DNA of 64,000 nt from the human T2T-CHM13v2.0 reference genome, Homo sapiens. The translations under genes were made by a program, and so were the position numbers. Below are positions 13,744-30,719 of this stretch, piece after piece. How positions within the stretch are numbered: position 1 is the stretch's first letter; each line of letters opens with the position of its first letter. The notes beneath the pieces are model-generated. The model was not told where the DNA came from. It did no database searches and was given only the letters and a program-made list of their open reading frames with translations. The stretch lies in NCBI RefSeq assembly GCF_009914755.1, contig NC_060926.1; one strand, 5' to 3'.

Positions 13744-14787
13744 ATTGTAAATAGTGCTGCAGTAAACCTATGTATGCATGTGTCTTTATAGTAGAATGAT
13801 TTATATTCCTTTGGGTATATACCCAGTAATGGGATTGCTGGGTCAAATGGTATCTCTGGTTCCAGATCCTTGAGGAATTGCCATGCTGTCTCCCACAATG
13901 GTTGAACTAATTTACATTCCCATCAACAGTGTAAAGCGTTCCTGTTTCTCCACAACCTCGCCAGCATCTGTTGTTTCCTGACTTCTTAATAATTGCCATT
14001 CTGACTGGCATGAGATGGTATCTCACTGTGGTTTTGATTTGCATTTCTCTGATGACCAGTGATGTTGAGCTCTTTTTCATATGTTTGTTGGCCAAACAAA
14101 TGCCTTCTTTTGAGAAGTGTCTGTTCATATCCTTTGCCCACTTTTTGATAGGGTTGTTTGTTTTTTTTCTTGTAAATATGTTTAAGTTCCTTGTAAACTC
14201 TGGATATTAGCCCTTTGTCAGATAGGTAGATTTCAAAAATTTTCTCCCATTCTGTAGGTTGCCTGTTCACTCCAACGATACTTTCTTTTGCTGTGTAGAA
14301 GCTCTTTAGTTTAATTAAATCCCATTTGTCAATTTTCAATTTTGGCTTTTGTTGCAATTGCTTTTGGCATTTTTGTCATGAAGCTTTTGCCCATATGTCC
14401 TGAATGGTATTGTCTAGGTTTTCTTCTAGGGTTTTTATGGTTTTGGGTTTTACATTTAAGTTGTTAATCCATCTTGAGTTAATTTTTGTATAAGGTGTAA
14501 GGAAGGGGTCCAGTTTCAGTTTTGTGCATATGGCTAGCCTGTTTTCCCAGCAACATACTGAATAGGAGATCCTTTCCCCATTACATGTTTTTGTCAGGTT
14601 TGTCGAAGATCAGATGGTTGTAGATGTGTGGTGTTATTTCTGAGGTGTCTATTCTGCTCCATTGGTCTGTATGTCTGTTTTGGTACCAGTACTATGCTGT
14701 TTTGGTTACTGTAGCCTTGTAGTATAGGTTGGAGTCACGTAGCGTGATGCCTCCAGCTTTGTTCTTTTTGCTTAGGATTGTCTTGGC
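13744..14787 (-). mobile_element. L1PA ORF2 internal fragment, truncated at both ends
   Basis: ORF2 fragments 13692..13898, 13907..14128 and 13986..14357; no 3'UTR or poly(A); flanked by gcaaaaattg direct repeats. Confidence 0.93.
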
Positions 14788-16039
14788 AAAAATTGATACT
14801 TTAAGTAAGCCCAGAGGAAGCTTATCAAATGTATTAAGAGCACACTTAGGGCAGTAGGGGAAACTCCACACTCCAGATTCTTTCTCTAAAAACTTTTATG
14901 AGTAGAGAAGTTGGCAGAAGCCAGGAAGCATCATTTGCTTCCAGTGAGGACCCTGGCTATACTACAAAGGATTCCCCTCACCCAACCTCTCTGGCCTCCA
15001 GAGTAGGGGCTCCATTTCACACACCTTTTAGATTAATGTGTGACTATTCAAAAGCTGGTGATTCTCAAGGCTGTGTCTGTTGGGTATAATAACTGATTGG
15101 ACAGTATTTGGCCAACAAAATCTTGATCATCATTATTTTCAAAGAGCCAGGATTTTCCTCCCTAAAGTTTGTTTGTATGACATGTGTTTCAATTTAGTTT
15201 TATAAACAGTAGCTATAACCAATATATTAAGGATAAGTACAGCTTCACAAACATATTCCTGCATAAATAAGAGCAGTCAAATCATCTTTGTTTATGAAAA
15301 TAATAAGCAAGATAGAATTAAAAAAAAACTTACCCTATTCTGTATTGTGACATCTAGTAGTAATGAGCTCAAAATGTCGCTTTTGGAAGACATGGGCAGG
15401 TGGCAGCAGCTCTGTCCTGGTGTCCTGGGCTCACCCTGTAGGAAGTAGCTATTTCAAGAACATTGCAGTTATCCTTTCCTGACCTGACAATCAGTGCTTC
15501 TTATTTTCACTGAATATAGTTAGTTAATCATAGAATGGCCCTAACTGTACATTATTACAGGAAGGTTGATATTACCACCTTAGAATGCCATGGTCCTCAT
15601 TGATGTCCTCAGAGAAGCCATTCTCCTTCCTTAATTAACTGAGTCCATGTAAAGATGTCAGGTGAATACATTTAATTTGGCACAGTGACTTCTATAGCCT
15701 TTAGTCTTTACACATTTGTTAATTTTAATTTCTTGCCCTGTACTTTCTAAAAGTAGACATTAAAACACATAAAGCATATACTTTTAACCTATTTTGAATA
15801 TCTACTGTGTGCCTGGCGCAGACAATATCATTTATTCTTGGATAATAAGGGAAGAAGAAATGGTTCCTTAAGTTGCTCATGATCTTTGGGCCATACAGTA
15901 TTTAGAAACTAAATGTAGAACAAGTAAATATACAGTAAATCTTTCCTGCATGTGAGTTTCCAAGTTTTTTGTACATTTCTTTGAGCACTGGTGCTGAGTC
16001 TCTTCTTTGTGCCCAATAGCATCCTAGAGGATATAGTAT

Positions 16040-16250
16040 CATGATTAAGAGGCTAGGGTCTGAGTCAGCATACATGGGTTCAAAACTCGTCTTCACCATT
16101 TAATCTCTCTGAGCCTCAGTTTCTTCATCTGCAAGTGAGAATAATTAGTTCCTACCTTACACAGTTGTTACGAAGATTAGAGATAATGCATATACAGCTG
16201 GAAGCTAGTGACTATTGAGTAAACACGGAATAAATGTTAGCTGATATTAC
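16040..16250 (+). mobile_element. MIR
   Basis: Core ctctctgagcctcagtttcttcatctgcaa...ataat...cctacct. Confidence 0.8.
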
Positions 16251-17521
16251 TGGGCCTAGTAGGAAGAAGGAGATCTCTACCCTGCCCTCAAGAAATTCAC
16301 AATCTATTTGGAATATAAAATATATATTGCTGAAACAGCATGGGGAATTCATGAAGCAACATGGGGAAAACTACCGAGGGAGGACATAGATCACATTGTA
16401 ATTGAAAGGAATCTTAATGGAGCAAGTGAATTTACAAAAAGAGTTAAACTTAAAGCCACACCAATTAAGAAAAGAAGGAGAGAAAGAACTTTTTAAGAAG
16501 GGGAATGGCAAATGCAAAGATGTTAGTCAAGTTCTGCTAATGTATAAAGAGTGGCCCATTTTGTCTGGACTAGGTGGGGAGAATATTTTTACTCCCATTT
16601 CCGTTTGGAGGAACCAAATCAGAAGTAACTACTAAATGCTGCCTTCATAAGGGATATCAAAATATCAAGATAATTTTTAACCAAGAACTCAGTATATGTT
16701 GGAGATAGGCTGTAACTAGGCTTTTGGAACCCCCAATCCAGTGCTGCAACATCCTCCTTCATGGAGTAAAGCCCCGGGTTTAGCCACAGGGGACCCGTTT
16801 ATTGCCCTTCCTCATCTGTTTGGCTCAACTTCATTCCCTTACTTTTGGATTTGTTTTGCTTTCTGACTATACTGCTTTCCCTGGCTCTTGTACATTTCCC
16901 AGTATGTTTATGAAGAGGAAATAACCTAATTACTGAAATGACCAGTGTCATTATGAGACAGACCTCTTAGCAGTGAGACCAAGGTGTTACTTATGTCACT
17001 TTCCTTGTTCTTGACTATCTCTTCTGCTTAGATTTTATTTCATTCCTACCATATTCCTACCATAACACATTGTGATGTCTTTATGCCAGTAGAACCCAAA
17101 TTCAAATTTTGATTGGGGCTGTATATGCTAATATATAACATAGCAAGTCAAGAGCACTTTTTATCTTCAATCTCTGTGAAGTAATGAAAGGCCACTGCTG
17201 ATTCTCCATAAAGCCAACTTTGAGCACCCTTTTAAACTTTCATTTCCTCCTCATTCCTTATCTTCTTTCTCTGCTTTAATTTTTCTCTATAACATTTGTA
17301 ACATACTATATATTTTATTTATTTTGTTAAATGCTTAAATGAATGGTAGTACCCTAAGAGAGTCTTATTCTCTCCCACTTGAAAAAACTTGATTAAAAAA
17401 ATCTAAATTTATATAATTTGATGGATATTGGAGCCTCTAAAATACTAACCTCACTTTGTATATTTTAAAATAGGATTCTGTTTTGCAAATTTGCATATAG
17501 TTTGTCAAAAACTCATAACTT

Positions 17522-17803
<282 letters not shown>

Positions 17804-17912
17804 TCATAACTTTTGTATGATGAAGTACTTACCTAGACCTAGTTTTTGGTTACTCGAGGAATTACACTTAATTCTGAGTCTAGCTTAATACCATTTTAAA
17901 ATGGTGCTTACT

Positions 17913-18012
17913 TAGGTGGGTGTACTTCATGCTTGTAGTCTCAGCTACTTGGGAGGCTGAGGCAGGAGGATCACTTGAGCCCAGGTGTTTAAGGCCAGCA
18001 AACAAACAAACA
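17913..18012 (+). mobile_element. FLAM/Alu monomer fragment
   Basis: gtagtctcagctacttgggaggctgaggcaggaggatcacttgagcccagg. Confidence 0.8.
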
Positions 18013-20329
18013 CAGAAGCACTTACTTGATTTTCGACATACTATGTAATAGCGCCTGTATAGCCATATATACCCACTGAGTGGTTTTGCTAGTAACAGTT
18101 ATAACTTTATTGTAAGCCTTTTTGAATTGAGAAATACAATGGCTTTTTTACCGTCCTGTTACGTGACCTGTGATTTGCAGTATTTCTTGTTCAGCTAATG
18201 TCTTTCAGCAATTAGTTAATTGGTAGTTTGTACCTATATTGACACTAATGTTCTCAACATATAGGGACTTGTTAATGACTGCTATCTTTACTTGGGATAA
18301 TTAGCATATCAAAGGAGTAGAGCATAATGATAAATTGTACTTGGTTTACTTTCATTTCCAAGGCTAATTGTTGTTGTTTTCTACACCCTTTTGATATTTG
18401 CAAAGAGCCTCAATTGAGAATAGTTATGTAAATGAACCATTATGATCTAACCAGAAGTATTTTCTCTTATTAATAGGTGTATCCTTGGCGATACATAGTT
18501 CAGACTTGAGTTTTTTTTTAAATAAAATCTTAAGCATAGACTTAAGGAATTAAGGAGATAAATACTGAGAATCTTCCCTATTGAAAGCATTTTCCACTTA
18601 ATTCCATCATTTATACTGTCAGTCCTGAAACCCAAATATTTCTCTGTTTAGAAAAGCTAGTTCAGTGGCTTATTTCATTCATTTACTCATTCTTTTAGTT
18701 ATCTCTGCATTAATTCCATTTTTTCCATCAGTTGCTCTGTATGTACTATGTTCCAGACACTGGGGGTGCAAAAATGAACACGAAAATCTCCCAGCCTGCC
18801 AGGAACTCACCTATAGTGAATATTCATTATACACTATAGGAACTCCTTTAATCAAGGGCTGAGCCAGATCCACTGTTACATCTCACCAGAATATCATGGC
18901 CGTTATTGCTTTACCGTACGTGTGTCAGTGCCTGGCAGACTTTTATAAAGGTGGGGGACAATAGTCTTCTTTAGCTTTATCAGATTCGGTATCTTTCCTC
19001 CCATTTTAGCCTTTTGCAGTTTCAAATGGTGCAGATACAGAGCCCTGAAAATGTATACTTGTACGTTTTTAAATGTCCCCTACTATGCTGTAACCATCCC
19101 CTGTTTTCCAAATGCTGCCATTAGTGGTTACAGTAATCATCTGTAATGTTAGCTTCTCAGAACCATGGTACAAGAGCTTCTTTTCTAATTTCCCAGATGG
19201 GAGGGAACACATGTACATGCTTGTTAGAGTTGCAGAAACTAGAAACAGCACTGTGTGGATTTGTATTTTTGGAATTCTATGGGCTTGTTTAAGCACTCAA
19301 ATTCAAACTTAGATATCCATTAGGAATCAAATACCATTTCGGGGAAATCTCATGTGCCACACCAACAGGAATAACACATATAAAACGAACTCCTGGAAAA
19401 AACTAGTTTCATATTCAGACTCATGTTTTATGTACTTTTTTCAGGATGCCAGATGATAAATGTTGATTATATAAACTAGAGTCATTCCGTTTGTTTGGAG
19501 GATTGTCTCTAAGCATTTCCGCTCTTTATTGAAATAGTAGTGAAATTGAAAGTTTAAAAGTCAGAAAGGGAAGTAATTATAAATTACCCATAGGCATATG
19601 GAATAAAGCCCCCAATTATAAAGGATTTTGGTGGCCCCTGGTTCTTTGCAGTGTGTTTTTGCAAGGTTATGTGATTTGTAATCATAGCCTCTAGCCTTGA
19701 CCTTACATAAGAAAACTTAGTCATTGGGGAAAGGTTTCTGAAAGTAAATGTTATTTCTTTTTTAATTGTCTTTTTGACCAATCTAACTCACATAGGGCTA
19801 CTTCTACACTTAGATCATAAAATGAATTTGTTCCTATGAATGTCTTCAAGCTCAGCTTTAACCTTAGTTTTAGATGTTTGACGAGTGTTAAAGTCATATT
19901 ATACAATTGAGTAGTTTCTGTTCGTTGCAGACCCTGAGTGTTTTTTACAATTTTCATTCTCATTTTACAGAAAAGAAAGTTCAAGGTTGAATACTCTATC
20001 ATCTATAAAAGAGCAAGAAGTGATCAGTAAGCTCAGACTCCTGACCTGGGCTCTCCTTTTAAAGTCACTAGTTCTGGAGGACTTGGTGTATTAACAAGGC
20101 CAGGAGCAGGGAGCCAGCATTTAGTTTCTAGACATTATTGGTGACAAAAAAATTTGTAAAGTAGGTTCCTGAAAAATCTCTAGATGTAGAGAATAAAAAT
20201 TAGGGAGGAACATTCCATTTGTTCACTAATTTATTCATTCAGCTAACATTGAGTGGTTTCCATATGCCAGATACTGTGCTAAGATCCTGCTCTTACCCAC
20301 TTATCCCCCTCCTCACCCAGTTAGAAACA

Positions 20330-21700
<1,371 letters not shown>

Positions 21701-21718
21701 AAATTTTGTAATCTAAAA

Positions 21719-22805
<1,087 letters not shown>

Positions 22806-23394
22806 TTAAAAAAGAAAGAAAACGGAAAGGGAAGTGGCCAAAGAGACAGGAAAAGACCATCAAGAAAAGAGAGTTTCGAGAGGCAAGTGGTCACCCATGT
22901 CAAATACTGTTTAGACATCAAGTAAGAAAAGGGCAGAGAAGTATTTGGTGTGTTTAGTGGTTACCCTTGGTGGGAATGGTCTTCATGAACTTGTGGGGTC
23001 AGTAGTAGGCTATCGTTGTGGGCTAAGGGTAAGTGGAAGAGAAGGGAATAGAGAGTGTGTAGATATCTCTTCCAAGCAGTCTGTGAAGGGGAGGAGCGAG
23101 AGGAGAGGGAATCCAAGGAGCTCTGTAGAGTTCAACAAGATTCTTTCCTTTCCTTTAAAAATGTTTCTTTTTTAGGATGGGAGAGACTTGTGGTTCTTGT
23201 CCCTGTGTATACATGTCACACTCATCCATCTTATACACACAAGAGAATGCAGAGCAAGGAGACCGAAGGTTCCGGAGTTGAGCAGGATGAGTGATGGCCA
23301 GCTTCCCAGGATGAAGGAAAAGAAGGGGTGGCGTGACAGACAAAAGACATTGTATTTGAGGTTGAAGATACAATGTCAAGCTCATGAGTAGTGA

Positions 23395-23701
<307 letters not shown>

Positions 23702-24860
23702 GAGTAATGAGTCTTAAAGTCTAGGTGTGACCCCTCCCTCTCTTGCTGCTGGTGTGGCTGCTGAACCTTCCTAAGGACCTATGAACTGATCCAGAAATAT
23801 AGGTCCGTTCTTACCAGTCTCTATGAGTGAAAGATGTTAAGTGTTTAACACATATTAAGTGTTTAGTAATTAAGTGTTTAAAATTTTTATATTTGACTTG
23901 GAGCCACTACCAACCAAAAATAAATTAAGGGTTATTAAAATTTGGTATTCACAAATTAAAATCAATGTGTGCCACGAGATTTATTTTAATTCAGTATTTT
24001 ATTCAGAAGTCTGGCAGACACTTGGTGCTTGGCAATAATCATAAAGCACATGCACATAGTTGTAAATTCCACAGTTTTGATTCAGGACACTTCATCAGTG
24101 TATCATCAGCGTTGGCTTGAGTTGGTTATAATATTCAGTTCCTGCTATTCTTGCTTTTTAATTATAAATTACAGTAAGTTTAGTTTTATCATTATCAGTT
24201 TAGTTTATTGTGTGTTATTTGGTTAATCTCAAATGTTTATTGGTACATACTTGGATCAACAATGTTTTGTCTTATAGTGTTCTTATAACTAGACTTTTAA
24301 GATATGTATGTCTCATGATTCACATATGAATCATCCATTATCATTTTGCCAAAGTAGATGTGTACCTAACCCCCTTGTCATTTGCTTGTATGGTGACACT
24401 CTTCATGGTGATATGTTTCCTGCAAATTTTTGCTATTTAAATAGCTTACAACATACTGTCAAGGTAGGTGTAAGAAAATTACTGGATATTTTAATGTTTT
24501 TTGATGTTGTAGGATGTAAATTATGTTTATAGTAATATGTTTACTGCAACTTAATTATATTTTTGCTGAATTCTTTGTTACCACCAGGTTCACTACCCGC
24601 CCCTTACCTCCTGAATGTGGGAACAAGTGAGATAGGTGGAGGTCTTTCGCTTTGCTGTGGTGGGCTTTGCTCAGAAAGTTTAAAATCCATCCCTCTAGAG
24701 GAGTGGGTAGGTGTGTGGAAAGGATGTGCAAAGCAGCTAAGCTAAAGTGGAATAAGGGTAACTCACAGTCATGGCTTCAATGCCAGTGGACTGTGAGCTT
24801 GACACTAATAAGATGTTAGGAGAACAGGTGCTGATGTTGTGTTTTCACTTCTTGTTTAAG

Positions 24861-24970
24861 GATGTAAATGAAGACCCTGGAGAAGATGTGGCCCTCCTCT
24901 CTGTTAGTTTTGAGGACACTGAAGCCACCCAGGTGTACCCCAAGCTGTACTTGTCACCTCGAATTGAGCA
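24861..24970 (+). CDS. BABAM2: Internal coding exon (110 bp; probably exon 7) of BRISC and BRCA1-A complex member 2 (BRE/BRCC45)
   Basis: Acceptor ttttcacttcttgtttaag|G ends at 24860 and donor CA|gtaagt starts at 24971. Phase-0 start, translating [36 protein letters not shown] plus CA of a split His codon, which matches my recollection of BRE (...[13 protein letters not shown]...SPRIEHALGG...). Exon number is from memory. Confidence 0.96.
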
Positions 24971-26028
24971 GTAAGTGTCATTAACATGAGGTAGCCTGGT
25001 GCTACTTCTTGCTAACCAATATGTCTCATTCTTTCTTTTGCCACTCTTGAACTCTTACATTTATTTCTCTTCATTGACTTTTGTTTTCTTAAAAAATTCA
25101 TCATATTAAGAGTTTCCATTGCAGAGTAAATGCAGTTAGTACTTGCCACTACACCCTTTTGGCAAGTGTTATTGTGCATTTAGTGACATGAATACTGTAC
25201 CTTTGTAGAGAGAAAAGAATAGGCAGACTGAGTCCAAAATTGAGACTCCTTCCAGATGTTCCCTGGAGTTCGAATGGTTGTAGCCTACAGTGGGCTGCTA
25301 AACATCTGGCCCAATTTCTTACTTATTTGTAACTATTAATGTTATTTGTAAAATGTAACTAGCCTCTTCAAAATATTTAGCAAAAACTGACTCAGAAGTT
25401 AGTAAAGCTAATATTAAAAGTAGATAGCTTAAAAAGATAACATGTTTTATTTTGCTGCATCGAAATAGCTGCGTATAATTTTACACAACATTCAGGCTAC
25501 ATGGCAGAAGTAGTTTGATATCGCATTTGTGTTATAACCAAGTAACATTATTCATCAGTAATGAATTTTGTAAGGCCTGAATTCACAGTGTGCTTATTGT
25601 GGGTGAAATGCTTTAGTAGCTTATTCTACTTCAAAGGAAGCTGAGGTTCATTGAAAATGGATTATAAGCAGATTTGGTTGGGAACTTCTGACAGGACAGA
25701 TTTTTCATCAGCAGAGAGAGTTTTTACAGACTCTGATTGAAATGTATTATTAAAATTCTCTGTGAGTCATTTAGTTACAGTTGGCTGATTTCTGTCTGTG
25801 AGTAGATGTGGTCACTATCTAGCATTCTTAGTAAAAATACTGAGCCATTTTTACCCCTTCCGACCTTAGTTGCTCTAATTTATAAATCATGGACACATCA
25901 TCTTAAAAACCAATATGACACAGCTGTTTATACTCAAATATGGGAGCTTATGAACATCAATAATCTATAGGCATTCTCTTGTCTTTTTATATATCTGACA
26001 CAGCACTTAGAACAGGATTTTACAGTAG

Positions 26029-26676
<648 letters not shown>

Positions 26677-26714
26677 TAGTAAGCGATCAGTGGATACCAG
26701 AGGCAGTAGAATGA

Positions 26715-26960
26715 CGTGGCATAAGGCAAGGGCTCTGAGTCAAGCAGATCTAGTTTAAACCTGGTTCCTGCCACTCACCAGCTGTCACAAAATGTAACTT
26801 CTCTGAGCTTGTTTCCTCAGTCATAAAATAGACATAATAATACCTATTTCTTAGTGTTGTTTTCAGGATTATATTAATACTGTTCATAAAGCATTAATCA
26901 CAGTGCCTGGCACTACAGTAAACACTCAGCAAGTAATAGCCATGAATATTATTATTATTG
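26715..26960 (+). mobile_element. MIR
   Basis: ggctctgagtca...aacttctctgagc..gtttcctca...cagtgcctggcac..agtaaacactca. Confidence 0.8.
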
Positions 26961-27290
26961 ATACAGTTCATAGGAGAAGAACGAGTGAGTGTTTAGCAGG
27001 GATAAGTTGGGGCAGAAAAGGAGAGGATGGGTAAATAAGGGAGCAAGTACCAGTTCTAGCGTAGCCACTCATTGTGTAACTAATGAGTTAAATTACAAAG
27101 GTGCTTTGGTGATGAGCAAAGAGTTAATGAAACAATCGCAAGATGTGGGCAATATGAATATATTAGTTAAGCTGCAGGCAATAATTTGCCAGCTCAGAAA
27201 AACATTTGTTCCAGCAGCTAGGTTGTTTTTCTTGGAAGTTACTACACCTAATTTGCAAATAAACTTGCTAATGAAATAGTCTCACTCTAA

Positions 27291-27700
<410 letters not shown>

Positions 27701-30700
27701 TCTTCTTCTTTCTTACGTTAAGAGCTCTCCACAGCATACCCTTTTAGATCATTTTTCGGTTGCTTCCCCTCATATACTGTTTCCTTCAGCCAGACCTGAG
27801 CACTTGAAGTTTTCTTACATTGCCAGCACTCTCTTGCCTCTGTGCTTTTGCTAAAGCTGCTCCTTCCATGTACAAGGCCCTTCTCTAACCCCTCTTCCTG
27901 TTGAAATACTATACTTTTTCTAAGGCCTTATTCAAATACCATCTCTACCAATCATTTTCCCTGAGGACAATTAGTCTAGCCTTCCCCAGAGCTCTTTGTA
28001 ACACTGAATTTATATTAATCTTATAATCTATATTTATATTATAATCTACCCATCATAGCTTTAATTGGTGATAAGGATTTTTAAAAATCTTTTGCTGAAT
28101 TGCAAGCTACTTATTGAGTTGAGGAACAAGTCTTTTTTTTAATGCCGTGCATAAATGCAATACACAGTTATCAATTGCCTAATTGGCAGTCTTCTAGGTG
28201 AATAAGTAGTTCTCACCAAAATATTGGAAAATGCCTCACTGAAAGGTCTTATACTTTTCCTGGTTGCTACAAATTCACTTGGTAGAACTACGTTTATAAT
28301 ACCAAAACAAACTACCAAACATTCTTATATCTTTAAGTAGAAGTTTTCAAAATGAGGTTTTAGAGAAAGATTAACATAAAAGAAGTAAACTTGGGGTATG
28401 ACTTCTATAAGGGCTTAGATATTTGCTAAAGTTATTAATACTTGTGGTTAATTCTTCCAGAGTTCAGAGCATAGAACAGACATGCCATTTCAAGAAGGCT
28501 GTAGTCATGGGATAGGTTTTGAGAACTGACTGTGCTAAGCTCTCATTTATTTTCTGTGTTTTATACTATCTTGTCAACTTTGAGCTATCCAAGCATTGAT
28601 TATCGATTCAGACTTGGAGAGTTCTTTCAGGAGTCATGGGAAAAGCATCCCATGTGGACCCGCCCAAAGCCAACGTCAAACTCTTGCCCTAGCTGAGGCT
28701 TGTACTCCTTTTGGTTTCTGCTATGGCTCTTTCTAGGAAGTCCCAAGCCCCATGCAGTGCATTTGACAGGGAGAGGCTCAGTAGAGACCAATAGCCCCAT
28801 CCACACTGGGTAAAAATTACCAAGAGAAGGCTTGCATTCCCACCATCTCCTCCATGGGCATAGAGAGATATCGTGGGCCTGGGAGGAACCCCATTCCAGT
28901 CTGACTGTTCCTCTGTCCCAGCTTGTCCATGCAGGAGGCAAAGATATTATACTCACGTTAACTACTCCCAGCAATTGGAAAAGAAAAGGGCTACTTTTGG
29001 GTCTTGTCATCATATGTAGGAAAAAATATTGATTTGTTGTACCCTAAAAAGACTACAAATTAGACAATCCTGACAAAAGAGAACATCAGTCAGATTCATT
29101 GGTAGAAGACTCTGAGATGTGTTCTAATTTGATGAAGCTCTGAAATGTGATCCCACTTCTGAAGTCTGTTTGCCCAGGGTCGTGGAATAGTTGTCTGGTG
29201 TCCCTGGCAGCCCTGCCGCACGTGGCTGCACGCCCTTACGATGCTTAGATGCATATTGTTTACCGGTCTCCCACTGCGCATTTCTATGACTTGCAGAGTA
29301 AATGCTTCTGAGAAGAACTTTGTGTTCTTGCACAAGGGACATTTATGAAATAAACATATTTCTGGCCCTATACATTTGTCTTCCAAGGAACCAAAACCAA
29401 TCCGTTGAATTAGACACGAGTAAGTTCTGTTAATTAAAAAAAAAAAAAAGTCAATGGTGAGTTATGCAAAAAAAAAAAAAAAAGCTAGTAGTCAATGATG
29501 CAAATTAGATTTTGGTTGAATATTAGAAAAGGGGAAAAAATAGTTTCTAAACCAGTTGCTTTTTTTTCCCCTGGCAGAAAAGCTGTGAGTTTTAAGGTTA
29601 CATCATCAGAGCTGGCGTGAAACATGCTCTACCTTTCCCTCTTCCCCAGACTGTTGGCAGTTGTGGTAGTGAACCCAAAGGTTAAATGGGCATGAGAGTC
29701 TGCATAGCACTCTTCCACGAAGGGTGTGGGCCCTTTTCTTGGCTTGAGCCACTTTGTGGGAGTGGTTTAAAGACAACCAGCTTCCTCATTCCCTGTGCTG
29801 TTCCCACTCTGTGCATAAAAAGAGGACTTCAGCCCTGAGGCAGACCAGGTGGCATCTTTCACAAGTACAGAATTTGTTTTTAGAACTTTTTGTTAAGTTA
29901 CATCTGCCTTGGAAATGAGTACTCAAAACTTCCCAGCCCACGAACGCTCACTATTATTGAGGCCTGTGTACCTGCAATATGCATGTTTGTTCTTTCAGGC
30001 AACAGAAACCCAATGAGAATCAACCACATGTGAGGCCCTTTGCTAGGTGCTTCAGAGGCTGTCAGCATAAATGAAATGTGGCTCATCTCCTTAATTTCCT
30101 CAGAGTAAGAGGGATCAGAACAAATATGGCAAGTTGTGACTTGTGGATTAATAGAAAAGGCATATTAATACATGGCATCAGAAGCCCCCTGTTCCTTCAC
30201 TTATTGGCTGGCAATCTTGGCTTAAGTTAACGTTTTTGAGCTTCATTTCATCTTCTGTGAAGAGGAATAAATCTAAGTTTCAGTTTCATCTACTCCAAGT
30301 GGGGAGGTAGATGAGAAAGGCCCTACTGTAGTGCTTGGCCCATGGTTGATGCTTAGTTAGTGCTCCTTGAGAAAATACTTATTAAGTGCTATAAGAGTTC
30401 AAGAGAGTGGGAGATCACATTTCCATTTGACTTGGTGGAGAAGGAGCTTTGGAAGATTATGGAAAGCCTGGCTTTTCTAGAGATTAAATATGCAATACTG
30501 TAACAATAACAGATATGTATTTGTTCAGTACTTTAAAATATTCAAACTGCTTTTCACTTTACCATCCCATCTGATCCTCATGATAGTATGTCTATCATGT
30601 GTTTTATAATATAGCTTTTTTCTTCCATAACTTGGAGTTTTTAGATCCTTCCTTGTCTCCTTCACTGCTACTCCTTCCTTTTTTCAACCCATTAAATTAT

Positions 30701-30719
30701 GCTAAATTGTGCTTCCTGT

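Noticed and set aside
17042-17063. 11-bp tandem duplication attcctaccat
   Set aside because: Trivial slippage duplication.
24771-24974. 67-aa ORF as a stand-alone gene
   Set aside because: It is the BABAM2 exon frame extended into intron on both sides; only 24861-24970 is bounded by splice sites.
28627-29013. 128-aa minus-strand ORF in non-Alu sequence
   Set aside because: No recognisable protein similarity, splice context or processed-pseudogene hallmarks; this length is compatible with chance.
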